DNA from: Ranitomeya imitator
Lineage: Eukaryota
DNA length: 64,000 nucleotides
NCBI RefSeq assembly: GCF_032444005.1
Contig: NC_091287.1
Location: forward strand, 509,702,001 to 509,766,000
Direction: 5' to 3'
This document shows, piece after piece, positions 12,800-27,770 of this stretch. The notes under the pieces were generated by a model. That model was not told the origin of the DNA. It saw only the letters and a list, made by a program, of their open reading frames with translations, and did no database searches. Numbering within the stretch: the first letter of the stretch is position 1; each line of letters starts with the position of its first letter. The position numbers and the translations under genes are program-made.

Positions 12800-12946
12800 C
12801 CACACATCTCATATCATACCTCTTTATCACCTATTCCTTGCCCATAGAAAGTGCATTTGGTATCTGGGAGCTTTGACAACTTTTTAGTCGAGGTCTTCTT
12901 GGAGGTCTCCTAGGAGGTCTCCTAGGAGGTTCCCCCCCCCCCCCCC

Positions 12947-12980
<34 letters not shown>

Positions 12981-13399
12981 ATGTGTTTTGCTTTGAGAGC
13001 TGCCAATTCTGATTATGTCATAGAGGTCCAATCTAGTGCTTTGGCCAATATGAGAGACTGTGCAATATATACTGTCCAGTTAATACAATTGTTTAGTGTA
13101 TAAACAACATTAAACTTCAGGTACTAAAATAACACTGCCCAACATAACTGGGGAATGGAGTTGCATCTTCATGTCCAAATGGTGCCAAACGTGTGATCAC
13201 ACCGAGATGAATATATTGGGAAGATTTGGATTTTATGCACACCGCGCCTGGACACTCACCGACCTTCGGTGCTGGTAAGACATAGACAAGTATGGAAAGA
13301 AGCTGTAGAAATATTGAGAATTCTCTGGTTGAACAGCTTTCCTTAGACCATGCAACCATAAGAGCAACTCAAAAACTAGATTTTTCGTACACTTTCCGT

Positions 13400-14350
13400 C
13401 AGGGCTGGTGTCAGCACTCGGGCAAGTGCCGGGGCCCTGAGCAGGCAGGGGGTCCACTCGCCGTTGGAGACACTGGCTTGCTATAGTGCCGGCCCCCGCG
13501 AGTGGACCCCCGCCTGCTCCGTGCCCCGACACTTGCGATACTTACCTCTCCAGATTCCAGCGCTGCAGCGTCTTCCATCCTCTGACTGACGTTCAGGTTC
13601 AGAGGGCGCGATGACGTCACCAGTGCGCGCCCTCTGCCTGAGAAGTCACAGCACAGAGCAGGAAGACGCCGACGGTGAGGAGTCCAGAGCAGAGTCAAGC
13701 AATGATAGGTGAGTTTTTTTTTAATGTTTTCTTTTTTAATATTTGGAGCAATATATGGGGGGACCATATAAGGAGCATTATATGGGGCTAATATAGGGAG
13801 CATCTTATGGGGCCAATTTAATAGGGAGCATCTTATGGGGCCATTTCAATATGGAGCAGTATATGGGGCCAATAATATATGAAGCATCTTATGGGACCAA
13901 TTATATATGGAGCATTTTATATGGCCAATTATATATGGAGCATTATATGAGGCCCATTATATATGGAGCAATAGATGGGGCCCATCATGGGCCCCATGGA
14001 GAATTATATGTGGCTCACTATTCTGTATGGAGCACTATATGGGGTCAATTCCATATGGAGCAATATATGCGGCTCATTCTGTATGGAGCACTCTGGGGTG
14101 CCCATTGTACTGTATGGAGCATTATATGAGGCTCATTATTCTGTATAGCGGACTATACGGTCCGGTTTCTGAGCTAATGTAGAATGTACAATAGATATCA
14201 CTCATGTAATGTAAGAAGTGAAATCTTTGGCATTGTACTATACCTATATTTCTCTGCCGTATCGGTGCATTATGAATTGTGGTATGTGTTAAAGGGGCCC
14301 ACTGGGACTCTTTCGCCCAGGGCCCAAAGAAAACCTGGAGATGGGCCCTG
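13400..14350. mobile_element. hAT-type non-autonomous element with internal ATATGGAGC/ATATGGGGCC minisatellite
   Basis: CAGGGC...GCCCTG termini; 8-bp flanks CTTTCCGT / CTTTCTGG (6/8 match). Confidence 0.7.
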
Positions 14351-15037
14351 CTTTCTGGCCCATTCCATCACCACTTTATTTAAAAAAAAAACATGGAATT
14401 AACATCGAGAACTGTCACACTGTTTAATGTATTTTGAAAAGGGAAAAAAAAAAAAAAAAAAAAAAAAAAAGCATAGAATTCTTCCCATTTCTGTGCCTCT
14501 TAAAAATAAACCTATTAACTTGTACCTCTACAAGAGGCCAACTTTCAAAGTGCCATTAAGACGTCTGGCATATAGATTTCTCCGTGTCATATTATACAGA
14601 TCAGACACAAGGCTCTGAAGCCAAATGGTCTTTTCGGAAACACTTCAAATACACAACATGCAATGCAAATGTATTGAAGACAAAAAAAAATAAAAAAAAT
14701 CTATAAAATTGATGTTCGCATAACTATACATAGCAATAACAGGGCTCAGCTTACAGACACTTGAACTATATATCTCTGGAAAGATCCTGTGCTGCGGCTT
14801 CTGAGAGCAAGCAAACATTCCGACTGGCAAACCGTAGCAGTCAGTGTGCAGTAAATCAGCTCAGAGGGGCCCAAGCAAACACACAGCCCTGCGCTTTAGC
14901 TGGGCAACACATTCAGTAAGGCTTCCAGTGCTCTGTTGGAAATGCTGAAAACCATCTTTCATAGTACAATCCTACATTATGTGCACTCCTATCAGTGCCA
15001 ACCATCGCAAATAACTTACATTTTTTTTTTATATATA

Positions 15038-16673
<1,636 letters not shown>

Positions 16674-18670
16674 ACTGTCTGTCTGTCTGTATATATATTT
16701 TTTTTCCCACCTTTTCTCATTTCAAAATTATTGCAACAAACGTTAAAGCATATGAGACATACGATCATCAACTACAGTCATATGATCGCATCATGTCTGA
16801 ACATGCTGCTGTAACCCTTGCTTTGGTCGCTGGGCAGCATTGCGCTCACACTACAGTTCCTGCTGTACGCTGGCAGCGTGTGGACGTATGGGTTTCAGAT
16901 TGCTGAGACTACTTCCCCCCCCCCCCCCCCTTTTTTAACCATATTTGTTTTAAACAATGTTCTTTTCAAAAACCCTTTACAATTTATATGGAAGACTAAT
17001 TATTATTCAACAGGCCATTAGAAGGATACCAGCTTCCAATTGTCAGCAATCATTTAGGCAATACTGGATCCATCATAGAAATTGGGTACCAACTGCTTAG
17101 AGCTCCTTTTCGGAAAGAAAGCAGCATTTCCTATGGCCACTGTCATGATATCTCCAACACAGAATTACAGAATTTCTATTCAGTCAATTACTAAAATGTA
17201 AGGTTTTATTAATACTACAGACAGGATAGGACCATCCTGACCAACCTCGCAGTGTGATGGATTTTATGCTTTTTTGATCATAATAGCATTAACCAAGTAC
17301 CCAATGTTATTTACTATTACCATTTACTTGCTGAAGGGTATGTGCTTCAATGAGAATCTAGGTAGTTTCTGGACAGACTGGTATGGGCACCAGAAGTAGT
17401 TTAAAACTTTAGCAAAAGTCAGTTTCATGGATCAGAGCAAGCACAAGGCTTTTCTTCCACAGAAAACTTTGGAGGGCTTTCCATAATCGTATAATACAGG
17501 GTTTTACTCAAACTAATTGGTAAGGCCTCTACTCTACAACTTAATAAAAGAGTCTGTGATTGGACTGTTTATTACACGGGCCGCTCTGTACACACGGGGC
17601 ATTAACACAGGATCTGAAAGCCATTTAGGCATCTTGTTAAATTGGTTTTAAAGTAAAACATTAAATGAAGTGAAATGATCGATCTGATTTCCATTTCAGC
17701 CTGGATGCAATTGATTTCTCCTGAGTTAAAAACAGGACCTGAGCCAATTTTTTTTTTTTTTTTACTTTTTTTATTTCATTAAGAAAATTCTATTATACCG
17801 CATCTGAGATCATGTAATAGAGCCGAGAACGCCAGAGACATTTTTTTTTGTGGCCGATGCCCCACAGTGATTATTTAAACATTAGCAGATGTTGTAGAGC
17901 AAGCAGCAGGAATCTAGGAATGTTTTATATTCTCCATGAACAAATGTCAGGTTATGTCCCTTCTAGATTATAGTTCTCCATCCCTTATTAGACCTCACTT
18001 ACAAGACAGTTATTATGGATGTTTCTGCTGAGGAGAATGGTCCGCACTGCACATGAGCTGCATAATTACAGGTGGAGGAAAAACAAACACCCATTCTCAT
18101 TTTGCCATTTGAAACATCACTTTTCAGCACCTGTGAGGTTCTGCAGCTCCTGACAGAGCAGTCTATGAGAGACTGAGGGGAGAAGAGGCAAAGGAGAGGA
18201 AAGATACTGGGAGTGGAGCTGCGAGAGGGCTCACTCCAGAATCAGCGCAAGAAACCAGGGGCTGGAATCCTGAGGTTGTGGGGGCAACTGTATGCCCCAC
18301 AGCTGAAATCGGCGGGCAGGAGATTTCAAGTCACCTGTCCACCATTACACTCGAAGGCACAGCAGCATATAGAGCCCAGAGTCACCAAGAGTAGAGGTGT
18401 TCCCTGCCATGTGGGGGAGGGAGGAAAGAGAGAAAGAGAGAGACTTATATGAAGCATCAGGCAGTGAGGGACGCACACTACAGCGCAGTAAGGAGGGATT
18501 CCAAATCGCTTCCAGGCTGGCCTGACCTCACCATCACCCACCTGTGATCTGGACTGAGGCTGCATACTACCAGTAAGAGGTAAAGAGACTGCAACCTTGT
18601 GTCCTAATTCTTTCTGGCACCATACCATCTATCATCTTTGCCACTACACCGGGGTGCCCTGGGGGACTAA

Positions 18671-20177
18671 GGCTACTTTCACACTAGCGTCGTTTAGCCT
18701 CCGTCGCAATGCGTCGTTTTGGAGAAAAAAACGCATCCTGCAAATGGATCGCCCCCAGATGCAGGGCCACGGGTTACTCGGTACCGGTCCTCTGCTGGCT
18801 CAGTTCTGGGGATGTCACGGTGGCTGGACCCGGTCCGTGACCCTGCTAAGGGGCGTCCAATAAAGGTTGATGGTGCGTAGTGCGAGGAATAACGAGGACA
18901 CAAGGTTGCAGTCTCTTTACTGTAGACTTCAGGATCCTCAATCCAGAGCACGTTTAACAGGGCTATCGGAGACTGGCTGGTCTGATGGGCACTTCCAGAG
19001 TTTCCCTCGCAGATGGAAATCGTTGCCCACCACTAGCGCCTGTGTGTTGTAGTAGTACCCTGCTGAGCATTCGGAATAGTCCTCACAACTGCTGTTCTTT
19101 TTTCGTTTGTTCTTTACAGCTCTCTCTCTCTTTAGTTCCAGATGTTGCCAGTTTCTCGTCCCCCAGTATGTTTTGGCTAGGACGCACCCGTATGACGGGA
19201 AGGCTTGGAGGTCTTCCGGAACCCTAGAGATGCCCCTCTCCCAATATTGCCCCCTATGTCTTAGGAAATTTAAGGTAGACAGCCAACCTATAATTAACTG
19301 TCCTGCGGAGTTTGAAGTAAGGCCTAGAGTCAGTTACTTCCGCGGTGTTCCGGCCACCGGCTACGCACCTCAGTAGGATGTTGCCTCGGTCTCACGGCAC
19401 GAATTCTACTGGTACTCCTTTTTGCTTGATCTCGTTTACACTGTTCCACAATATCCTTCCTTTCTTGTCTCTTTCTTAGGATACCGCTGCAGGAGGTGCA
19501 GGTGCGGCTCCGTTACGTTCTGCTCTGTTCGCTAGGCACCTGCCAGGTTCCCACGCCTGACAGGGACCCCCCTGTGTCTTCTCCCTGCAACACCCCCTGC
19601 CACGGGATGTTGCTTGAATCCAACCCAGTCAGCTTCTACCTAACTTTCTATCCAACCCCTAGTTTTACCAGTGTGAGGAGGGGCCCAATAAATAAAGCCT
19701 TTTGCTCCCCCTAGTGGCTGGAGTGTGAAGTGTAATGTGTGCTGGTGATACCTGGTCAGGAGAATTCCTTCGGTGCCATCAGACGTACCATCACTCCCCT
19801 TAGTGGCAGAGTGTCATACTGCAACGACCAGATTTCTGGGGCGCTGCACAAAGATGCCTGCAGGATGCGTTTTTTCTCCATAGACTTTCATTAGCGACGC
19901 ATTGCGACGGATTGCCACACGTCGCATCCGTCAAGTTTTGGGGGACCGTCGGCACAAAAAAAAAACGCTACATGTACCTTTTTTTGTGCGTCGTGTCCGC
20001 CATTTCCGACCACGCATGCGCGGCCGAAACTCCGCCCCCTCCTCCCCGGACCTTACAATGGAGCAGCGGATGCGTTGAAAAACTGCATCCGCTACCCCCG
20101 TTGTGCTTTTACTTCATAGCATGCGTCGGCCTGATGCACTGCGACGGGTCCGTACCGACGCTAGTGTGAAAGTAGCC
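18671..20177. mobile_element. Harbinger-type MITE (~400 bp once the LTR is removed)
   Basis: TIR GGCTACTTTCACACTAGCGTCG at both ends; TAA TSD at 18668-18670 and 20178-20180. Confidence 0.9.
18745..19848 (-). mobile_element. Solo LTR (1104 bp)
   Basis: TG...CA ends with inverted termini TGGATCGCCCCC / GGGGCGCTGCA; 4-bp TSD CAAA at 18741-18744 and 19849-19852. Confidence 0.85.
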
Positions 20178-20570
20178 TAAGCTTTACCTGTGGGAAGCCA
20201 TATCCCTGCTGCAACAACATAATCCCCAGTGGACCCCTTTAAGCAGCGTCGGTCATCCCTGACCAAAAATACCACAGGTAGCGTCATGAACATTCTTTAT
20301 TCAAAACAACCTCTTTAAAGACCTTCCCTTTAACTTGGACGCCAAGGGCCATGAACCCATTACAAAGTGTCCCCTAGGCCCTAGTGGGCGCTCCATCCTC
20401 TGTTTGCCTCTCGCTGCTTCCTCTGCCAAGACCGGTGTTCCGTACCTCTAACTTCCAAAATGGTGGCTTTAGTAGCATAGGGAGTGCAGCGGCAAGTCTG
20501 AACCACACCTTCACTATTTTTCCTATGCTGTGGGATAGGTAAGGTAGGAAAGAAGATTTAAACTACCCAG

Positions 20571-20893
20571 TAGAGATGAACGATCCCGAACTTAAGAGTC
20601 TGACACTTATACCGGACAGTTACTGTCCGGCGCTAAATGCCAAACTTGGATTTTCCAAGGCTTAGTCCAGAACAGCCTTCGAAGTTGCAGGCAAAGTCCA
20701 GCTCAGCAAGAGTTTTGTTTTCCTTCCTCATACCCAGACCTAATGTCTGGGTCTCCATTGTTTTCAATGGGGCTTGGGTTCTGATTCAACTTAGTTTACA
20801 GTTCTGGTACCCAAACTTTGGAATAGAGTTCAAACTCTAGTGGCTTATTCCAAAGTTCAGGTACCAGAAATTCCACGAATCTGCTCATCCCCA
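20571..20893. mobile_element. Degenerate hAT-type MITE (TAGAGATGAGCGA family)
   Basis: TAGAGATGAACGA ... CTGCTCATCCCCA termini. Confidence 0.55.
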
Positions 20894-22219
20894 TTTACCA
20901 CTCCCCGTGCCATCTTAGAAGGAGAAGAGGAAAAAAAATGTCAATCTGGCTAGAGGAAGTCAGTGGAGGGAACCAGGTAGGGAGACTATACCTGCGAAAT
21001 GTATTAGAACTTTTCAGTCCCAAGGTTGAGCATCGCTTCAAAATTCTAAAGGATGACCGTTCATATAGCAATTTATGTCATGTTCCCTAGAATAGCAAAA
21101 AAACAAAACACATTGTGCAGTAAACTACACATTGCGGTGCAAAATTTTGCCTCACAATATTCACTCATACCTTGAGTTGGGGGGGGGGGGGAGGGAAATC
21201 AAGTCAAACAAACATTCTCAGTACAAACCATAAATTACTAAACAAGACACTAAAGAACAGGGTCTCCTGTTCCAGTCCCTCAGTCATAGCGCAGTGGCTA
21301 TACACGTACGGCTTTCTCCATGGACTTTGATCGGAACGCTGAAAGTAGTCAATATACCAGTAAAGGGACTGAGGAATCCTCTGCACAAGGTGGGGCTACT
21401 TCTAGTACTCAATTCCTTCTTTGGAACAAGACCGATATCGGGACTGCCATTTCATCTACTTTCAGGACTCCCACAGAAAGTCAATGGAAAGAGCAAAAGT
21501 CCCCAATTTAAATTGAAATTCATGAATACTGACAGAAAATAATGGCCACAATTCAGCAGAGTGTTTGACAGAAGCATGAAAACACACTTACAAGTTGTAC
21601 CACATTTGTGTGAATCGAGGTTGTTCAAACATTGTGACTTTTTGCATTTTTTTTTTTCAAGCCATTTTCACTCGACCTCTACCAAAATGTGAGGGATGAG
21701 AGGCATGATGTCACAAGTCCATTTCTTGAGCTGTTCGTTCCTTACACCAAATCTTATATTTGTGGTGAGGAGCACAGCCCATTTTAAATGCGCCTGATCA
21801 TTAAGAGCCATGCACCCCTTCATGAATCAGGCGCCTCTGACTCCAGCATGCCCCACCCATCAAGACCAGTGTGGATGTCACCTGTCTTGATGATTTGGAG
21901 CCAATGTCTTTCACGGTGATTGACTATTAATTGAGGTTTCAAAACACACAAAAAATGAATAATTTAAAATTTTACAGACCAAGTCAAATTAATGGTACAC
22001 TAGACAGATTGAGTGACCTTCACTAGGTTGAAATTCACTTCATAGGAGCCACAATCAGAACTGTTACTTCACATGGTCCTATACCAATCTGTCTTGACCT
22101 GCTCTCAAGGGCTTGGCCTCTCCAACAGTGACCCTTCTTTTCAATGACTCAGTGCACAAAAGGTAAGGACCAATATATTATCTCACTATGACAATACTTT
22201 AGACCTTTTCTACCACCTG

Positions 22220-22340
22220 CCCTGGTCTCGTTGAAACAACTTTGGTTCAAATGGGTGCCAAAAAAAAATAAAATTATACATTCCGTGCACTTTTTTTTGC
22301 CACACATTTGAACCAAAGTTCTGTTTCAACGAGACCAGGG
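22220..22340. repeat. Inverted repeat, probably a MITE remnant
   Basis: CCCTGGTCTCGTTGAAACA...TTTGGTTCAAATG / CATTTGAACCAAAG...TGTTTCAACGAGACCAGGG. Confidence 0.75.
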
Positions 22341-25300
22341 ATGGTGGTCATTTAAAAGTTAACAATAAGAAAAAAACGCAACCATGCTTGATAAGACATG
22401 CCCTATAACAGCAATAATGTGAACTAAAATGGTGCCAAAATTTGGCATAGACTTTGGATAACCAACTGGCAGAGGTGGAAAGTTATGTTAGAAAGTCTGA
22501 AGATTCACCAAATTTCTTGAACATGAACCACTTAAGAGTAGATAAGTTGACGAAGTGTACCAAATTAGATGACTGAAAAAAAATCCTTCCACCTAAAGAA
22601 CAGGAATTTTGCTAAGTGTGTATAAGGAATAATGGTTCTTGGCAGCACACCTTTCTGTATCAACAGGGCATGTGCATCTGAGAACAAGGATATTCTATAC
22701 GCACAGAAGAATCATCGCTAAAAATCATTCTGTGCAGATGGAAATATGGTTTTGCCCGTCTAAAAACAGGCTATTGCAGCAGTTCAACAGCCATGGATCG
22801 GCCAGTGTAAATGCACCAAAAAAAAATTAGAAAGCTTTAGTAAAAATCAGCCCCAATATTTGCAACCGTACTCCTGATTTGAACAAACAGCCATTGAACG
22901 TAGTCATTCTGCCCCCTGAATTTTGAAGGATGGGTTAGACTCTTCACAAAGAATGCAAAAATAAAAAAAATCATTTTTTGTCATTACCAACAGATACAAT
23001 CCCTACAAATTGAATCGTCTTCCGTTGGCCGTGCAGACAAATGAAAAACTTTTGTTCCCCCAAATTCCTTTAAAAAGAAAAGAGTTCCTAATAACTCAAA
23101 TAAAAGAAGGGGAATCAAGTAGGGATTTAGACAAAATGAGAAGAGAAAATGTTGACAGTGTATACCCACCCGTGAATGTGCTTACCATAAATATTGAGGG
23201 GCTTTTCGCAAAGTAATCAAATGTCCGCCATTGAGCAGATTCAACCCATGCTCCTTTGGTTAATCCACTTGTTCAGTTTGGTAGGAGATCAATTAAAACC
23301 AGCTTAGGTTATTGTAAATGGGACAATTCACACAAGTCGGGTTAGATCTCTATTCATTTCTCTCACTCACAATACAAATACTTAAGCCGGGCAGTAAAGC
23401 ATCTATCACCCTTCACCGTCTAGCCAGCACTTTAAGTAGTTCCACATTTAATTAAAGACACAGTATACCCTTTGTTGGCACAGATTGTCAGGTCACTTTT
23501 AAGCATTTGCAATCAAATTCAAGCCGGAGAAGAAAAAAAAAAAAAAGTTTAGAATTCTACAAAACATCTGTTGGAACAACTTCAAAATAAAAACTACTTT
23601 ATAATCTAATGTTTTAGTTACTCAAAAAAAAAAAAAAAAATTTACGAGACCTTAAATTGTATAAACCGTTTTGCTAGGGCATTTTATGAGAGATCGGTAC
23701 GTGTAAGTACTGGAAGGTTTATCACGAGCCCGAAAATAAATAAAAAGTTTAAAAGTGCAGGTAAGTAATGATCTGGTTACCAATAACAGTCAGACAATTA
23801 GATGTTGGTTGAAAGACATTTTGAATATGCATTCCCAAATCGAAGAATTTCTTACCCAGATGTAGAGTAAAAGTTGAAGTGTGAAACTATTTAGTAAACC
23901 AGACTGTTTGAGGGAAAATTATATTAGGACAGATTACATTTCGGACACTTGTCATTTCACCCCTGTCAAAAAACTAGGCACTTAAAGCCGTTTGTCAACT
24001 TTTTGATTAAGTTTTTTTAGTCACTTTGTACCCATGATAGACTATGTGGATCATTTTCTAACAGCCATTTTTTACTGTTAAGTATTTTTTTTTTTTTTTT
24101 AAACAAAATTAATTCAGAAAATAAGAAATCAAAAACATAATGCTAGCAATATGCCACAATAGGGCAATAAAATCTGAATTTCATGGGAATAAAGTTGACA
24201 AATTTAGGTAGAGGTCAACTCGCCACACAAGTTTTCTTTCATGCAGACTTGTGTCACCTATGTAATCTCAATTTTGGAACACTTTCCTTCTGGAAATGTA
24301 TTAAATTGATAACTGTACGTTACCATCCTTTTTGCTGAAACTAGACGCTTATGGCATTAGCTGAATTTGGTTGATCATTTGGATACTTTGCACAAACCTA
24401 TTGTATTTTATGCAAGTTATTCACACCATTACAGGGTACAGTCACTGCGAATTTATGTGGTGGTCAGGGAAAAAAAAATAAATAAAAATATTCGAGCAGA
24501 AGGCGTTTCAGGAAAAAAAAAAAAAAAACAAAAACAAAAATCGCTCCTCTTCTGAGTTTTGTAAACCTGAGAGAGGTTTTAATTTTTGGTTTTAAATAAA
24601 AGTGGTTGTGTTGTCAGAAACCAAAAGGTGAATTTCATAAATGTATATGTAATAAACTTAATCTTCTAATTTACTTGCAAGAGGATCGGAACACAGTAGC
24701 ATGACTCTCGGCTCCCGCTCACAGCAGAGCAAGAGCTGGGGGGGGGGAATCATTAGCTCTGGCATCAGATGCTATACGCTGGTGTGACTCCAGCCTAAAG
24801 TTTTATTTGTGTAGCCCAACATGCACTTGGGATTCTCAAACGAGACCTCATTAAGCGTGGGTGTGGCTGAGGCTGTGGTCACTGCCCCAGCTGCTGGTAC
24901 AACCCTGAAAGGAAGAGTCAGTGAAGTCTGTCTCAGGGGCTGAGGTAGTCACCACTCTACTGAGATTAATTCTGAAGCATGCCAACTATGCACCCCTTGC
25001 CTTGTTCTATAGTCTTTCGTATGTGCGCCAACATTGCGCTCCCTCACCAGCGCGAATATAAATTAATAAATTGAAACGAGAGAATGGGGCAAGCAGGGAG
25101 ACCAAAGACAATGACAACCCTAGTACTGACGGCACTGATGACGTCTCGTTTCAATGTGGTTAAGTTCATGTCAGGAGCTGGTCTTATTTTTCCTTTCCAC
25201 ATTAGCTTGTTTCTAATGTGTATTGATAGTGTGCTCTCTTGCCACTTGTCAATACTCCTTAGACCTTGCGAGTGAGTGCAATGAGCACATATGTCGTAGT

Positions 25301-25847
25301 TGGCAACTGGCGAATGCTCAGTGACTAGCCCAGCCCCTGAAAGACATCACTAATGACTCATTATTTTAGGGTGGCGACAGCAGTTGGGGGGGCATTGAGC
25401 GCAGCCCTGGAACCCTGATGACTTGTTTGACAATCACGAAACATCATCGGAAGTTAGAGTAGAGTAGACGGTGTGGAATTTCTCATTAAAGTAAATTAGA
25501 AAACTGGTTCAGTTATTAAAATGGGGTGCGCTCACAAAAAGTAGCCGAGATTCTCAGCCAGAAAGAGTTGGAGTGTGAGGCACTTTTTCCCCCCACCCAA
25601 CTATGACATGCTTATGCAGTGTGTTTTTAACATCAGCTTTTACATACAGTAATTCTTTGTCATTTCAAGCTACCTTAGTTTTCTAACTAATAAAACAGCC
25701 TTACATACAGATAACAGTAACTATAAATACATTAAAATTTAGTGCTAACACATTCCAATTAAGCAGTGTGGTGCAGTGACCAATGTGACAGCCAGGGAGT
25801 GCTGTGTGTGCTGTGTCTGCGCTGCAAGATGCGCTTGGTTGTATAAC

Positions 25848-26588
25848 TGTGGCGATGAGACAAAGTCCGGCAGGATTATAAATGGCCATTATGTGTGTCG
25901 CAGAGGAAGACACTCTGCATTGTCAGTCTAAAGTTATGTTGTGTTCTGGGACCTGTAGTCCCACAAGTAATGGTGTAGTTCTTATGGGAGACTGGCAGGG
26001 CTAGATATGAGAGATGGGAGGGTCAAACTAGCCACATACACCCACACTCCCACCCAGGGGAGTGGTTACAGGTATGTAATGTGGTTCGTGTGGGTTCCGG
26101 TGTGAGGATCTGAATGATGCAAGGCCCTGGAAGCCTATGTGGGAAGTCCTGGGGAATAGGATTCCTGAATAGCACATGGTTGGGTTTTGGCACTGAGTGG
26201 ACGGTCAGTGTTGGAGTCTCCTGGCAGTGGAGAGGTCCTGGAAGCGCTGACAGACCATCGACCTGGACAGTCCGTGTGGAGCAGGAGCTCCTGAGAGGTA
26301 ACCCCTGGTATGGGGAAAAGAACTGTGCGCAAACATACGACAGTTGTGGAACTGTGCAGTCACCTGGTCGCTGGAGAGTTACAGGCGTGCCTACTGAGTG
26401 CTTTGTTAAACCACATGTGTTAAAGCAACAGACTACGTGTAAGCTGGTGATGTACAACATGACATACGGTGCGGTTTATGACAATTAATAAACCGTATGG
26501 ATTGATTTGTGTGAGATATCGTGCCTGTATGCGTTATTCCCGTGCAAAGAGAGTGTTCCCCAAGACCCGAAGTAAGGGAAACGCCACA
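25848..26588 (+). mobile_element. Solo LTR-like element (741 bp)
   Basis: TGTGGCG...CGCCACA inverted termini; AATAAA at ~26487; no TSD detected. Confidence 0.65.
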
Positions 26589-26689
26589 GCAGGAACTTGT
26601 GCAGACAATGAAAACAATACAACATGGAGCTTCTCAGGCTATTAATATCAGCTCACAGAGTTGTATTTAGCCTTTACTGGTTATTAACA

Positions 26690-27770
26690 AGGGGTGATTC
26701 CCCCCGAAAAAAAAAATGTGGGGGTCCCCCCTATTTTGAATAACTAGCAAAGGCTAGGCAGACTGATCTTAACAGCCTAAGAAGGGTCCATGGTTATTGA
26801 TCCCCTCCCAGACAAAGAACATCAGCCCTTAGCTAGCCCAGAAATGGCACATTCATTAGATGCCAATACACACAAGTAAGTGGGAAGAGCCGAAGATGGG
26901 CGAAGTGGGATAATAGTATTGGGGTTGATGTCAACTTTGAATTGTCAGCGGACATTAAGCCCAGGGGTTAGTAATGGAGATATGTCTATAAGACACCTCC
27001 ATTTCTAACCACATCAGTTTAATTTAAAAACCAAACACAGAGCAAAGTCCTTTATTTGAACAAAGACTCCGCAACACCATTTTACCAATTTGAAAAAAAA
27101 AAAAAATAAATAATGAATACTCACTCATCCGCCAATAATCCATATGTCCCGTGATGAGTTGAACTCTGGGCTCGTCGCAGGACATATGGATTATTGGCAG
27201 ACAGATGAGGATTTTTGTTTTTAAAATTTTTCTTTATGCATTAAAGAATGGGTAAAAAAAGATGGTTGGGTTTTTTTGGTTAAATAAAAGGACTTTGCTG
27301 TGTGGGTGTGTTTTTTCCATTTAAATTTAAACTGACGGGATTAATACAAATACTATTACCCCAATTGCCTGTGCACCAGGGGAAGTGGGAAGAGCTGAGG
27401 CCTAGTGCCATAATGGACGCATCTAATGGATGCACCATTTCTGGTGTGGTTGAGCGGGCTGAGGTTCTTAGTCTGGGAGGGACCCAATATCCATGGCCCC
27501 TTCCTAGGCTGCTAATATCAGTCTGTCTTTCTAGCCTTTGCTGGTTAATAAAAATGGGGGGACCCATACATTTGTTTTCATTTTTGAGGGGGGGTGAGAA
27601 ATCACCTGTTAACAACCAGTAAAGGCCAAGTAGACCGCTGTGAGCTGATAATAGACTGGGAAACCACATGTTTATTACCCCCTTCCCAGACTTTAAACAT
27701 CAGCCCCTGCCAGCTTTCCCTAAGCTGGGTAATTAAGAAAAATATGGGGGACCCCACACCATTTTTCTTT
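26690..27770. mobile_element. Old fold-back non-autonomous element
   Basis: Arms at ~26700-27160 and ~27180-27760 are diverged inverted copies centred near 27165. Confidence 0.65.

Larger units (their letters stand above)
18130..20395 (+). mobile_element. Outer LTR-like element (5' end uncertain) interrupted by a MITE
   Basis: Shares TAAAGAGACTGCAACCTTGTGTCCT and a GGGCGCTCCA 3' end with the inner solo LTR, in opposite orientation. Confidence 0.6.

Noticed and set aside
24935-24955. TGAGGTAGT let-7-like seed; also AAAGTGCAGGTA at ~23753 resembling miR-17
   Set aside because: The matches stop after 9-12 nt and no precursor hairpin forms
25413-25460. Hammerhead-like CTGATGA...GAAAC
   Set aside because: Stem II lacks the closing pair and no stem I partner is present; a similar minus-strand motif near 25030 has CTGGTGA and fails the core
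25940-25965. ACTACAnnTCCCA (ZNF143/SBS-like) promoter motif on minus
   Set aside because: It lies inside the solo LTR-like element at 25848-26588, so it is repeat-borne rather than evidence of a host promoter
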